From Deltaproteobacteria bacterium (lineage in GTDB: Bacteria; Myxococcota_A; Bradymonadia; REDH01): a DNA stretch of 64,000 nucleotides. The notes under the pieces were generated by a model. The model had not been told where the DNA came from. It was given only the letters and a program-made list of their open reading frames with translations, and made no database searches. Where the stretch lies: positions 21,323-85,322 of the forward strand of contig REDH01000089.1 of the NCBI GenBank assembly GCA_007693585.1, written 5' to 3'. The translations under genes and the position numbers were made by a program. Below are positions 42,531 through 52,658 of this stretch, in pieces (positions within the stretch are counted from its first letter, which is position 1; each line of letters begins with the position of its first letter).

Positions 42531-43649
42531 TCAGTGAAGGTCGAACTCGATGCGCACATCCTCTCCGAGGGTCTCGCGACGAACCGTGCGTGCGCGAAGA
42601 GCGCTGGCGATCGTGGCGGCCCCCATGCCGCCGATGGCAGGGACGGCCTCGGCGCCACCGATGAGCAGCGGGGCCTGGTAGAGCAGCACACGGTCCACGA
42701 GGTCGAGATCGAGTAGCGCCCCTCCCAGGCCACCGCCGCCTTCCACGAGCAGCGTCTGCAGATCTCGGCGTGCGAGCTCGGCGATCAGCTCGGTCAGCAC
42801 GAGCTGCCCCTGATCGTCGGCGGGAAGGACGACAACGTCGACCCCCTTCTGCCGAAGCACGTGGATGCGTTCCCGAGGTGCCTCAGGCCCGCAGAACAGC
42901 AGCACGGGCGACGGTTCGGTGTCGAGGAGGCCGCAGTGGTCCGGAAGACCGAGTCGCGCATCGATCGCTGCCCGAACGGGCTGGTGCGGGAGAAGTGTCT
43001 CGCCGTCCCGCGCGGTAAGCCGGGGGTTGTCGGCGCGTAGCGTCCGCGTGCCCACGAGGACGACGTCGGACTGTGCCCTGAGCCTGTGGACGTCACGTCT
43101 TGCGGCGTCTCCCGTGATCCAGCGACTGTCTCCGGTCCGGGTGGCGATGCGGCCGTCCAGCGAGACGGCGAGCTTGAGCGTGATGAACGGTCGCCCATCC
43201 GACACGTGCCGCACGAAGCCCTCGTTGAGGCGACGGGCCTCCTCTTCCAGGACACCCACGGTGGTCTCGATCCCGCTCGCGTTCAGCTGTGCGAGGCCCC
43301 GCCCGGAGACCCGGGGGTTGGGGTCGATCATGCCCGCGACCACGCGCCGCACTCCTGCATCGATGAGCGCCTGGCTACAGGGCGGGGTTCGTCCGAAGTG
43401 GCTGCAGGGTTCGAGGTTCACGAACACCTCGGCTCCCCGCGCGAGCGGGCCTGCGGCGCGCAGCGCAACCACTTCGGCATGGTCCTCGCCGGCCCGCACA
43501 TGGAAGCCGGAGCCCACGACCTTGCCATCCCGTACGATGACGCATCCCACCATCGGGTTCGGTCGCGTCGACCCTCGGCCCCTGGCCGCTTCCCGCAGCG
43601 CCATGCGCATGTAGTACCGATCGCGGTCGGCCTCGTCCTGTGCAGTCAT
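42531..43649 (-). CDS. ribD: Bifunctional diaminohydroxyphosphoribosylaminopyrimidine deaminase / 5-amino-6-(5-phosphoribosylamino)uracil reductase
   Basis: Deaminase zinc motifs HAEVVAL and EPCSHFGRTPPC, plus a reductase domain. Confidence 0.92.
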   Translation of the reverse strand: MTAQDEADRDRYYMRMALREAARGRGSTRPNPMVGCVIVRDGKVVGSGFHVRAGEDHAEVVALRAAGPLARGAEVFVNLEPCSHFGRTPPCSQALIDAGVRRVVAGMIDPNPRVSGRGLAQLNASGIETTVGVLEEEARRLNEGFVRHVSDGRPFITLKLAVSLDGRIATRTGDSRWITGDAARRDVHRLRAQSDVVLVGTRTLRADNPRLTARDGETLLPHQPVRAAIDARLGLPDHCGLLDTEPSPVLLFCGPEAPRERIHVLRQKGVDVVVLPADDQGQLVLTELIAELARRDLQTLLVEGGGGLGGALLDLDLVDRVLLYQAPLLIGGAEAVPAIGGMGAATIASALRARTVRRETLGEDVRIEFDLH

Positions 43650-43667
43650 GCGGGACTCCCTTCCCGT

Positions 43668-44129
43668 TCAGGAATCCTCGTGGTTTCGGGCGTCGCTGGC
43701 CCGAGCGAGAAACTCTCCAATGTCCTGAAAGGAATGATAGACGCTGGCGAAGCGCAGCCAGGCCACGCCGTCGAGTTCGCGCAGCTCCTCGATCAGGGCG
43801 TCGCCGATGCGGCGCGAGGCCACCTCCCTCTCCCCGGAGGCTGCCAGATCTCGCTCGATGCGTTCGACGACCGCCGTCAGGGTTTCCGTGGAGATGGGCC
43901 TCTTCTCGACCGCGCGGCGGAGGCCACCGAGCAGCTTCTGGCGCTGGAACGGTTCCCGTCGCCCATCACTCTTGATCACGACAGGGAGCGAGAGTTCGAT
44001 CTGCTCATAGGTGGTGTAGCGGAACGTGCACTGCATGCACTCCCTGCGACGCCGGATGCTCTCGCCCTCGCGGGACTGACGGCTGTCGACGACTCGGTCC
44101 TCGAGGTGGCCGCAGCGGGGACAACGCAT
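43668..44129 (-). CDS. nrdR: Transcriptional repressor NrdR
   Basis: Zinc ribbon CPRCGH...CMQC plus ATP-cone. Confidence 0.93.
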   Translation of the reverse strand: MRCPRCGHLEDRVVDSRQSREGESIRRRRECMQCTFRYTTYEQIELSLPVVIKSDGRREPFQRQKLLGGLRRAVEKRPISTETLTAVVERIERDLAASGEREVASRRIGDALIEELRELDGVAWLRFASVYHSFQDIGEFLARASDARNHEDS

Positions 44130-44132
44130 GGC

Positions 44133-44582
44133 TCAGCGTTCGCCGTGGAGCTCGAGCTTCTGCACCCGCCGCAGATGCCGACCATCGTCTCCGGGCGTGA
44201 AGTCTTCGTTCAGGAAGACGTGCAGACAGTCCTTGAGGAGATCAGGCCCGAGCACACGGGCGCCGAGCACGAGAATGTTGGCATCGTTGTGCTGCCTGGC
44301 CATGCGTGCGGTGTAGGCATCGTGCACGAGCGCAGCCCGGGCCCCGGGCACCTTGTTGGCCGCGATGGACATCCCGATGCCGCTGCCGCAGATGAGAACG
44401 CCCCGGTCGGCCTTTCCCTCGACCACCTCTCTGGCGAGGTGATGGGCGAAGTCGGGGTAGTCGACGCTCTCGCGCGACTGCGGACCGAGGTCTTCGGTCT
44501 GATGGCCCAGGGTCGCGAGGAATCGCTTCAGGTCATCCTTGACGTCGACCCCGGCATGATCCGCGGCGATGGCAATGCGCAT
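44133..44582 (-). CDS. rpiB: Ribose-5-phosphate isomerase B
   Basis: RpiB/LacAB fold (MRIAIAADHAG...CGSGIGMSIAANK). Confidence 0.9.
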   Translation of the reverse strand: MRIAIAADHAGVDVKDDLKRFLATLGHQTEDLGPQSRESVDYPDFAHHLAREVVEGKADRGVLICGSGIGMSIAANKVPGARAALVHDAYTARMARQHNDANILVLGARVLGPDLLKDCLHVFLNEDFTPGDDGRHLRRVQKLELHGER

Positions 44583-44607
44583 CGTTCTTCCTCGCGCGGA
44601 GGGGGAA

Positions 44608-44793
44608 TCAGCGCTCGACCACCGGCAGGATCTGACGGTCCCGGTAGGTCCCGCAGCTCAGGCACACGCGGTGTGCCAGCTTGCGCGCACCGCAGCTGTA
44701 GCACCACACGACGTTCTTTGCCGCGAGGCGGTCATGGTTGGCGCGACGGCTACGCGTCTTTGCCTTGGGGGTCTTTCCCTTGGGTACGGCCAT
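44608..44793 (-). CDS. rpmF: 50S ribosomal protein L32
   Basis: MAVPKGKTPKAKTRSRRA.... ATG at 44793 preceded by GGGAGA. Confidence 0.9.
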   Translation of the reverse strand: MAVPKGKTPKAKTRSRRANHDRLAAKNVVWCYSCGARKLAHRVCLSCGTYRDRQILPVVER

Positions 44794-44860
44794 GTCGTCA
44801 TCTCCCTCGCCGGCTTGAGTCAGCGCCGGCCGCGCAGGTTCCGTACCGAACGGGCACGGG

Positions 44861-45430
44861 TCAGTTGGCGTCGCCATCGCCCAGTTTCCCCCGCAGCGCC
44901 TCGAGGGCACGCCAGCGGGGATCGGAGCGGTGTCCCTCGACCTGTTCCGGATCGAGGGAGGGCGACGGCTTGTACGTCATCGGCCGACAGGTGTCAACGC
45001 CGCACGTCGGCGCGGGGTCGAGTTCCAGCAGCAACAGTTCCCTCACGACATCGACGAGATCGACTTCGTCGCCGGACAGGAAGGATACCTCCAGATCCTC
45101 GGGATCGAGCCGACGGCCCTCTTCGCTGTCCGCCATGACGTCCCGGTCCAGCATGGCGCGCGGGGCGAAGGTCCACCGCACGGGCAGGTCGAGGGACCGT
45201 TCGACGCGCTGGAGGCACCGTGCGCAGTCGAATGCAAGGTCGCCCTTCACGGCGCCGGTCATCCTGACAAGGTCACGCGTTCTGAGGAGATCGACTCGAA
45301 CATCAAGCGCACTCGCTCCGCCTGCGTAGAGGTCGTCCACCTCTGCGAGGAGCGAGTCGAGGGTCGGGTTCTCGATGGTGAAGGCCGTGGGGTTGTGGCC
45401 TTCCCGGAGCTGCCGGATCCGGACGATCAT
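44861..45430 (-). CDS. yceD: YceD/DUF177 family protein (large-subunit rRNA accumulation protein)
   Basis: Conserved position upstream of rpmF. C-terminal paired Cys motifs (CARC ... TCGVDTC). Confidence 0.7.
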   Translation of the reverse strand: MIVRIRQLREGHNPTAFTIENPTLDSLLAEVDDLYAGGASALDVRVDLLRTRDLVRMTGAVKGDLAFDCARCLQRVERSLDLPVRWTFAPRAMLDRDVMADSEEGRRLDPEDLEVSFLSGDEVDLVDVVRELLLLELDPAPTCGVDTCRPMTYKPSPSLDPEQVEGHRSDPRWRALEALRGKLGDGDAN

Positions 45431-45441
45431 GGGTGCGTTCC

Positions 45442-47043
45442 TCAGGGCGACGGGGCCGCGATGAGAATGTTCCTCAGGTCGCGATCGTTGAAGCTCAGCC
45501 CGCCACCGAAGAAGAAGTCGCGAGGAGCCGGATTCATGGCGTCATCGATGCCGGCCTGGAGGAAGATGCTGGACAGGATCGGGACTTCGGGCAGGAAGGC
45601 GCCCAGACTGAGCATGGCGAAGGCCTTCACCCTGGGATAGTCGTTCTGGGGAAAGTCGAACACGTCAGCGCGCAATTCGAGGTGCTCGTCGAATCCCCAG
45701 ATGTTGAAGCCGAAGCCGCCGGAGGACTCGATGAGCCCGAACCGGCCTCCGACGAGCCAGGTTCGCTGAGGATTCAGCGGCCAGCGTCGACCCAGCAGGA
45801 GGCTGAACTTGAAGGCTTCGCTGGTGACGGTCCGTTCTTCGTACAGGGTTGGAGGCAACTCCGGGTCGTTGGTCACGAGGCTGGTGCGCGTGACTTCGGT
45901 TCGGCCGCGAGGATCATCGACGAACTCGAAGATGTAGAACTTGTCGGGATTCGGGCGCAGGTTGACGCCGAGGTAGTTCTTGAACGCGCGCTCGTTGAAG
46001 CCGTACTCGCTTCGAAGTTCGAGCCAGGTCTCGATTCGATTGAATCCCCCGATCAGCTCGTTGGCATTGGCCAGAAGCGCCTCCGCCTCGTTCGAGATTC
46101 CGGGGTCGTTGATGAGCCGGCCGACCGTCCCTTCCCCGTCGGCGATGCGGTCCGTGATGACCTGCACGTTCTCGAGGCTGTAGTTCAGGTTGTCGAGGGC
46201 GAGCTGCATGCTCGACAGCGTCCCCATGAGGGTGCCGATTCCCTCGGAGACGTCTCCGGAGCTCTGGCCGATGATGTAGCGCATTTCCGTGGTCATGGCA
46301 CCGATGTCCGCGAGAATTGCCTCGACCGACTGCCCCCCCGTCGCCGTGAACTGACGCACATCTGCGCTGATGGCCTCCACGTTCCCGACGATGGCCGCGA
46401 GGGACTGACGGTTCTCCGTCGCGATGCCGGCCAGCGCTTCGACCATGGTCTCGAGCTCGGCGAGCAGCCCGTCGACCCGGTCCACGCCGTCCTGGCCGCC
46501 GAACACCTGGGCGAAGGTGCTTGTGACGGCCCTCACGTCGTCGGTCAGCGCCTCCACGTTGCCGGCGATGGCATCCATCTGCTCGAACAGGGTGTCCGGG
46601 CCGATCGGACGAATCACGTGGGGGATTTCGTCACCATCGCGCAGGATGTCCCCACGCAACCCGGGCGTCACCTCGAGAAAGTAGTCGCCGAGGAGCGAGG
46701 CCTGCTTCTTGGCGAGCGTCGCCATGTCGACGAGCGCCATCTCGCCCTGTTCGTTCGTCCGCCACTCGCCCGCACGCAGCTCGATGTCCTCCCGAATTCG
46801 GAGGGTCACCCGGGCGCGGGCACCATCCAGCTCGATGCGGTCGATCTCTCCCACCGCAATACCGGCCATCATCACGCGGCTGCGGACGACCAGACCGGTG
46901 GCGTCGTCGAGAACGGCGCTCACGCGATACCCGTCGTCTCCCCGGAAGACGGACTGGCTGACGTTGCCGGCCATGTACGCGAACGCCAGGACGCCGACGA
47001 TCACGACCAGGCCGACCTTGAAGGGGGTAAGGAACTCTTTCAT
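45442..47043 (-). CDS. mlaD: MlaD/MCE-domain protein
   Basis: N-terminal TM, MCE domain and a long helical C-terminus. The ATG at 47043 overlaps the mlaE stop (TGATG). Confidence 0.75.
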   Translation of the reverse strand: MKEFLTPFKVGLVVIVGVLAFAYMAGNVSQSVFRGDDGYRVSAVLDDATGLVVRSRVMMAGIAVGEIDRIELDGARARVTLRIREDIELRAGEWRTNEQGEMALVDMATLAKKQASLLGDYFLEVTPGLRGDILRDGDEIPHVIRPIGPDTLFEQMDAIAGNVEALTDDVRAVTSTFAQVFGGQDGVDRVDGLLAELETMVEALAGIATENRQSLAAIVGNVEAISADVRQFTATGGQSVEAILADIGAMTTEMRYIIGQSSGDVSEGIGTLMGTLSSMQLALDNLNYSLENVQVITDRIADGEGTVGRLINDPGISNEAEALLANANELIGGFNRIETWLELRSEYGFNERAFKNYLGVNLRPNPDKFYIFEFVDDPRGRTEVTRTSLVTNDPELPPTLYEERTVTSEAFKFSLLLGRRWPLNPQRTWLVGGRFGLIESSGGFGFNIWGFDEHLELRADVFDFPQNDYPRVKAFAMLSLGAFLPEVPILSSIFLQAGIDDAMNPAPRDFFFGGGLSFNDRDLRNILIAAPSP

Positions 47044-47867
47044 CACATGAACATGATGGACGTCAGGAAGTAGTTGAGCACCAGCACCGCCACGGAGCCG
47101 AGGACCACTGCGCTTGTGGTTGCCTCACCCACCCCCTTCGCTCCCCCCGAGGCCGTGTAGCCCTTGTAGCAGCCTATGGCGCTGACCGCGAGACCGAAGA
47201 CCGCTGCCTTGATCGCACCGTTGGTGATGTCACTCGGCAGCACCATGACCTGAATGTTGCCGACGAACATCCCGGGGTCGACACCCATCATCCCCACAGC
47301 GACCCCGTATGCGCCCACCATGCCCACGAACGTGAACAGGATGGCCAGCAGCGGAAGCATCAGGATGCTGGCGACGATTCGGGGCGTGATCAGGTAGTGG
47401 ACTGCGTCGACGGCCATGACCTCCATGGCGTCGATCTGCTCGGTCACCCGCATGGTTCCCAGGGTTGTGGCCATGGATGACCCGCTGCGCCCTGCCACCA
47501 TCAGCCCGGTGAGCACCGGGCCGAGCTCGCGGCTGAGCGTCAGGGCCACGGTCGTGCCCACCAGGGACTCGGCATCGAAGAGCCGGAAAGCCGCGACGGA
47601 CTGCAGGGAGAACACGGCACCTGCGAACACGCCGGTCAGCAGCACGATGCCCAGGCTTCCGACGCCCACATCCTCCAGCGCCTCGAAGAAGACGCGAATA
47701 CGAAAGGGCGGCTTGAACGCCATCAGGAGCGCCCGAAGGGTGACGAGACCCCATAGTCCCACTCCCTCGATCGCTCCGATCGTACGCTGCCCAACCCCTT
47801 CGATGAACGGACGAACTGACGCCAAAATGGAGGCTCCTGCCTTGGACGGAGGACGGACCACCGTCAT
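47043..47867 (-). CDS. mlaE: MlaE-family ABC transporter permease
   Basis: MlaE/YrbE permease similarity. ATG at 47867. Confidence 0.8.
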   Translation of the reverse strand: MTVVRPPSKAGASILASVRPFIEGVGQRTIGAIEGVGLWGLVTLRALLMAFKPPFRIRVFFEALEDVGVGSLGIVLLTGVFAGAVFSLQSVAAFRLFDAESLVGTTVALTLSRELGPVLTGLMVAGRSGSSMATTLGTMRVTEQIDAMEVMAVDAVHYLITPRIVASILMLPLLAILFTFVGMVGAYGVAVGMMGVDPGMFVGNIQVMVLPSDITNGAIKAAVFGLAVSAIGCYKGYTASGGAKGVGEATTSAVVLGSVAVLVLNYFLTSIMFM

Positions 47868-47901
47868 GGGACCCGGTGACTCGGGCCACCCGAACCGTGC
47901 C

Positions 47902-49016
47902 CTACTCGGAGGATTCGGTCGGTGCAAGCGGTGGACGCTCGCCAGATTCGGGCAACGCGAAAACGACCGACGACCGCAGGCGCAAGGCATCGGCGGTGCG
48001 GGAGCGGGACAGCCGCAGGCGTGTCATCTCGGCCAGCAGACAGGCGCTCAGATCGTCCTGCTGGAGCACGTCGATCAGGATCCGCGGAGCACGAACACGT
48101 CCCTCCGGCGTCAGCTCGAAACCCACCACCAGGGCTCCGCGAACCGCGCCGTCCTCCAGAAGAGCGGCTGCATAGCAGCGATTGGCGGTCACCTCGACGG
48201 CGAGACGAATGAGCTCCGCCTCGCGGACCGTGCACGGGTAGGTGCTCTCGATGTCCAGCGAAGTCACCGACGCCCGCACGTCCCGGGTCAGGTCCGCGGC
48301 CACCAGCAAGGCCTGACGGTGCGTCACGATGACCTCACCTCTTGTGCCGTCGGTCAGGGACACACCGGCAACGCGCACATTCATCACGGGGATGTCCCCG
48401 GATTCATCGCAGTACGCTGCGCCCCGCTCCGAGGTGGCAGGCTCCGGCGGGTACGGCATCAGGTGAAGGACGATGGCCAGGTCCTCCATCCACATCAGGG
48501 ATCTCACCTCTTCGATCTCGGTGGGCGCCAGGTCCAGCATCACACGTCGAGGACCATGGAGCCTGACCGCGGCTGTCCCCGAGGCGACCGGTATCTCCTC
48601 ATCCAGGGTCATGACTGCGACGCCCAGATCCTCGTGAAGTTCCAGATCCGTTCCCGGGACGGCCAGACGCGCCTGCCCGAACAGGAGCGCGTGACGCTCG
48701 CGGATCCATGCGTCCACGGCATCGCGTTCGCGGTGCGCCGGGTGCGACCCGCAGGCGGCCTCCCGCGCGCTGAGCAGAGCCATGTAGACCACCTCGGCCG
48801 CCGGCGAGTCATGTTCGAGCGCTCGCTCCGGGGCCGGTTGCTGTTCCCCGGCGCATCCGCGTCGCCAGGCATTCAGCACCTCCTCCGGCGGATCGGGGCC
48901 GACGCCGTTGCAGTACTGCTGCACGGCGCCAGGAGTCCCGAGGTCCATGCCCCACGAGGCGGCGGGCAGGAGACCTGTCACGAACAGCATGGCGAAGACG
49001 AGACGCAAGGAACTCA
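47902..49016 (-). CDS. Hypothetical secreted protein
   Basis: GTG start giving signal peptide VSSLRLVFAMLFVTGLLPAASWG. Cys-containing mature part. Sits where mlaF would be expected. The extended 686-aa track ORF was rejected. Confidence 0.4.
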
Positions 49017-49218
49017 CTGACTGCTGGCGAGACGCGACAGGCCGCCGGGCTGCCGAGCGGCAGTGCCTCGGCGGCGGCTCGTTGACGACGGGTACCGTGG
49101 GCGCTACGCGAACGCCGGCAACCGGCCTTCCATGCCACGGATCCCTCGACGCATGAACCCTTTCGTTCCGAGCTCCATTCCCGATGCCCCTGCCGAGCGA
49201 AGGCGCGAGGGGCTCGCC

Positions 49219-50973
49219 ATGGCCGCGTGGGTGGCCCTCACCCTTCTGCTGCCGGGAGCGTATGCCAGCGCGGAGGACACCGATTCGGCCCACTGGGGGG
49301 AGATGCTCAGGCTCGAGGAGGCGTACTTCAGTGGGATTCCCGGTGCGGATCTCCCCGTCGGCTGGGGCCCGGGCGGCTGGATCGATGCCTGGCCTCCCCC
49401 GGGGGCTCCGGCAAGGGACGGAGGTCCTGTGCCATCGGCCCATGCCGCGCGTCCTCTCGACGGGTCGCCGGAAGATACCGAGTTCATGCCGGAGTGCTTC
49501 GACCCGGAGGACATCGATCTCGATGACCTGCCCCTCGACCTGAGGGGTATCGATCATCCACCCCTGCTGCACTGGCTCGAGTTCTACTGCACCCGAGGAC
49601 GACGTCTGCTCACGGGCTGGTTCGCCAGGGCAGGCCGGTTTCGCTCGATGATCGAGGAGGAACTCGATCGGCAGCAGGCGCCCCGCGATCTGCTGTGGGT
49701 CGTGGCGATCGAGAGCGCCTTCAACCCGGAGGCGGTCTCCCGGGCTGGCGCGGTCGGACTGTGGCAGTTCATGCCCCGGACCGCCCGCGGCATGGGCATG
49801 CGGGTGGACCGCAGGGTGGACGAGCGGCGGGACATGACCACCAGCACCGAGCACGGGATCGCCTACCTGCTCGAGAACCACGAACGTTTCGGCACATGGC
49901 CCCTTGCACTCGCTGCGTACAACGCCGGCCCGGGACACGTGCGGGGCCAGATTCGCCAGCACAACGTGAACGACTTCTGGTCCATGGATCAGTACGGGGC
50001 CATCTTTCGGGGAGCCCGCAACTACGCGGTGCGTCTTCTTGCCATTGCCATCATCGACCGACAGCGCGAGGTGTTCGGCTTCGACGGTGTCGTGGACGAC
50101 GAAGCCTGGACCTGGGACGAGGTGCAGATCGGAGGGGGTGTCCGCCTGTCGCTTGTCTCATCCGCACTCGGAATCGACCTCGCGGAGCTTCGGCGTCTCA
50201 ATCCGGCCCTGCTCGCACCCGAAACCCCGAGCGACGTGTCCACGTGGCCGCTGCGCATCCCCGAAGGAATGACCGGTCGCTTCGTGGAGCAGTTCGACCA
50301 GTACCGGCGTCGATTCGGAGACACGCACGAGCGCGTGGTCCTTCGATTCGGAGAGACCATCGGACACGTCGCCCGGGATGCGGGCGTTCCCGAGCGCGTG
50401 TTGCGTCACATCAACGATCTGCCCGCGCGCGGTCCGGTGGCGTATGGCACCGAGGTTCTTGTGCCGCTGTCGGGGCGTCGCCCCGGGGCGCCATCCAGCC
50501 CGTCACGGCCTCCGGTCGTGCTGCTTCCGGCGCAGGCCTTCGACTACCCGGGCCGTGTCCGCGTCTTCTACGACGTCAACCCCGGCGACTCGCTGCACGA
50601 GATCGCGCGTCACTTCGGGGTCAGCGTACACCAACTCCGCACCTGGAACGACGTCGACCCCGATGCGGTTCTCTGGAGCGGAATGACCCTGCAGGTGTTC
50701 CTCGCCGACGATCGGGTTCTGGGCCATAGTCGGGTCCGCACGGAGGATGAGGTCAGGGCGATCGTGCTGCACTCTTCCGAGCACGAGGCCTGGCAGCAGG
50801 AGGAGGCTCAGGTCCAGCGCGCTCGCCGGCGAACGTACACGGTTCGTTCCGGCGACACGGTCATGGGGCTGGCCAGCCGGTTCGGTGTCCGATCGGCGGA
50901 CATCGTGCGCTGGAACAATCTGGACGCGAACGCCACGATCTACGTGGGGCAGTCGCTGGTCGTCGGTCGCTGA
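49219..50973 (+). CDS. Lytic transglycosylase (SLT domain) with C-terminal LysM repeats, MltD-like
   Basis: SLT catalytic region (AIESAFNP...GLWQFMP...AYNAG). Two LysM repeats. Signal peptide MAAWVALTLLLPGAYASA. Alternative start at 49153. Confidence 0.8.
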   Translation: MAAWVALTLLLPGAYASAEDTDSAHWGEMLRLEEAYFSGIPGADLPVGWGPGGWIDAWPPPGAPARDGGPVPSAHAARPLDGSPEDTEFMPECFDPEDIDLDDLPLDLRGIDHPPLLHWLEFYCTRGRRLLTGWFARAGRFRSMIEEELDRQQAPRDLLWVVAIESAFNPEAVSRAGAVGLWQFMPRTARGMGMRVDRRVDERRDMTTSTEHGIAYLLENHERFGTWPLALAAYNAGPGHVRGQIRQHNVNDFWSMDQYGAIFRGARNYAVRLLAIAIIDRQREVFGFDGVVDDEAWTWDEVQIGGGVRLSLVSSALGIDLAELRRLNPALLAPETPSDVSTWPLRIPEGMTGRFVEQFDQYRRRFGDTHERVVLRFGETIGHVARDAGVPERVLRHINDLPARGPVAYGTEVLVPLSGRRPGAPSSPSRPPVVLLPAQAFDYPGRVRVFYDVNPGDSLHEIARHFGVSVHQLRTWNDVDPDAVLWSGMTLQVFLADDRVLGHSRVRTEDEVRAIVLHSSEHEAWQQEEAQVQRARRRTYTVRSGDTVMGLASRFGVRSADIVRWNNLDANATIYVGQSLVVGR

Positions 50974-51043
50974 GGACCCACCGGCGAGTGGCGGTACGGC
51001 GAGCATCCCTGTGGAGCCGCGCCGGATCGTGTGCCGGATGGGG

Positions 51044-51847
51044 TCAGTCTCGTCCTCGAACGGAACCGCCGAGTTGGAGGGGCTGCGCCGCAGGAGTGGG
51101 GGCGGTGCGCGTGGAACCCCTCGAGGCGGGTCGGCGCGTCTCCGTGGCAGCGGGGGTGGCCGTCTCCTCCACGCGCTCCGGAATGGGAGTGAAGGCGACT
51201 TCGGCGACGGCATCGGTGAGCACCAGCACATCGGCTGCGAGCTTGGTGTGTGCCGACGAGCCATCCACGAACTCCTGCTGGGAGATGAACCATGCGGCTC
51301 CTCCGCCCAGGCCCCCCATCAGGACGAGTGAGGCGGCGAGGACCAGCATTCGTCCGCGGTTTTCCTTCGCCTGAACGGCGAGCACCTCCCTCGTGGTCAT
51401 CACCGGGCGGCTCGGCTGCGGGGCGGGTCTCGGCGGTTCGGGCTCGGGCTCGACCCACTTCCCTTCGGCCTTGAGCTGCTCGATGCGCATCACCTCTTCC
51501 TGCTTGCGCCGCAGCTCTTCCATCTCCCGCAGCCGGCGCTCCTCCTGGAGCACCCGCTCCTGAAGCTCCCGTTCACGGGCTTCCTTCTCGGCCCGTGCCG
51601 AGGCCGCCGCCTGCTCCTTCTTTCGCCGCAGTTCCTCCTCGAGCGCCTTCTGCTCGGCCTCGGCTTCGGCGGCGGTCTCGGACAGAATGTCGCCCAGCAG
51701 ACTGATGGCCTGCGTCTTCGGTGCATTCTTCTGTCGCTGCGCGCCCTGCTGGGACACCCGTGCCCGCTGACCGCCGGACTCGGACTCCGGAAGGTTCTCG
51801 AGTTCCTTGAGGGAGGCGATGGCGCTCTTTCTCTGGGCGTTGCTCAT
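51044..51847 (-). CDS. Hypothetical coiled-coil protein with a C-terminal TM segment
   Basis: Strongly charged heptad-like region (EEELRRKKEQAAASARAEKEARERELQER...) followed by the TM MLVLAASLVLMGGLGGGAAWFI. Confidence 0.4.
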   Translation of the reverse strand: MSNAQRKSAIASLKELENLPESESGGQRARVSQQGAQRQKNAPKTQAISLLGDILSETAAEAEAEQKALEEELRRKKEQAAASARAEKEARERELQERVLQEERRLREMEELRRKQEEVMRIEQLKAEGKWVEPEPEPPRPAPQPSRPVMTTREVLAVQAKENRGRMLVLAASLVLMGGLGGGAAWFISQQEFVDGSSAHTKLAADVLVLTDAVAEVAFTPIPERVEETATPAATETRRPASRGSTRTAPTPAAQPLQLGGSVRGRD

Positions 51848-52018
51848 GGGTGTTCTCGGATTGACGGGGGAACGGGACCCTGTGAAGGAGCGAACGGGGT
51901 CCTCCTGCAGAGAGGATAGCGCAACTGGCGCGCCACCGAAAGGATCAGACCACCCGGGAGGGCGACAGTTCCCGGACGGCCGTCATGCGGTGCATGATCG
52001 CCGCGTGGGGGCGGCCCT

Positions 52019-52546
52019 TCAGGAGCCCGGAAAGAGCTCTCCCCGGACCGCGAGGCCCTCGCGCGTGGATCCCCTGCCCTGCTTCGTTCGGCGACCCACG
52101 AGCTGGATTCCCAGATCCTGCAGTGTGCTCTCGGGCAGCGATCGCTCCAGCGCCGGAAAGAATGTCCTCTCTTCCCAGCGCACATGCTGGTCCAGCAGGT
52201 TCGCCACCGTCTCGAGCCGTGCAGCGAGCTCGTCCGGACTGGCGCGCTCGAGCCGGAGGACGGCAGCGGCGATCGCCGCGTGTTCCTGCGCGAGGCGAGC
52301 CGCCATGTCGATGAGCGTGTCGTCGCGGGTGGCTCGGGCGGCCGTCCCGAACACGCTCTCCTCATCGTCGAAGTGCCCCTGGAGCTTCTCTTCCCAGAGA
52401 TGGTTCACCATCTCCCGCATTCGGTCCGGGCAGGGCTGACCGAAGCGGGCATCGCCATCGAGGGTCCGGAGGATGGTTCGCACCACCATGAGGGTGGCAT
52501 GATGGTCCCACGAGAGGGGAATCAGGGCGTCAGCTCGTCTCGGCAT
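52019..52546 (-). CDS. Hemerythrin-like (HHE cation-binding) domain protein
   Basis: Paired His/Glu motifs (WDHH..., HFDDEE, HVRWEE) spaced as in hemerythrin. Confidence 0.55.
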   Translation of the reverse strand: MPRRADALIPLSWDHHATLMVVRTILRTLDGDARFGQPCPDRMREMVNHLWEEKLQGHFDDEESVFGTAARATRDDTLIDMAARLAQEHAAIAAAVLRLERASPDELAARLETVANLLDQHVRWEERTFFPALERSLPESTLQDLGIQLVGRRTKQGRGSTREGLAVRGELFPGS

Positions 52547-52658
52547 CGGCGGCTCCGGCGCTCGGCGTTTCTCTTCCCGACCCCGCGGTTCGGGTCCCCG
52601 CCGTCCGACTCCCTTAGGGCTCGGGGTACGGACGCGCCATGGGCAACCCGCCGGCAAC

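Noticed and set aside
43650-44860. FMN (RFN) riboswitch upstream of the rib genes
   Set aside because: Intergenic gaps of only 3-70 nt between rpmF, rpiB, nrdR and ribD leave no room, and no conserved RFN sequence was recognised by eye.
49017-49962. N-terminal ~315 codons of the 686-aa minus ORF upstream of mlaE
   Set aside because: Low-complexity sequence that overlaps the lytic-transglycosylase gene antisense. A signal-peptide start at 49016 is more plausible.
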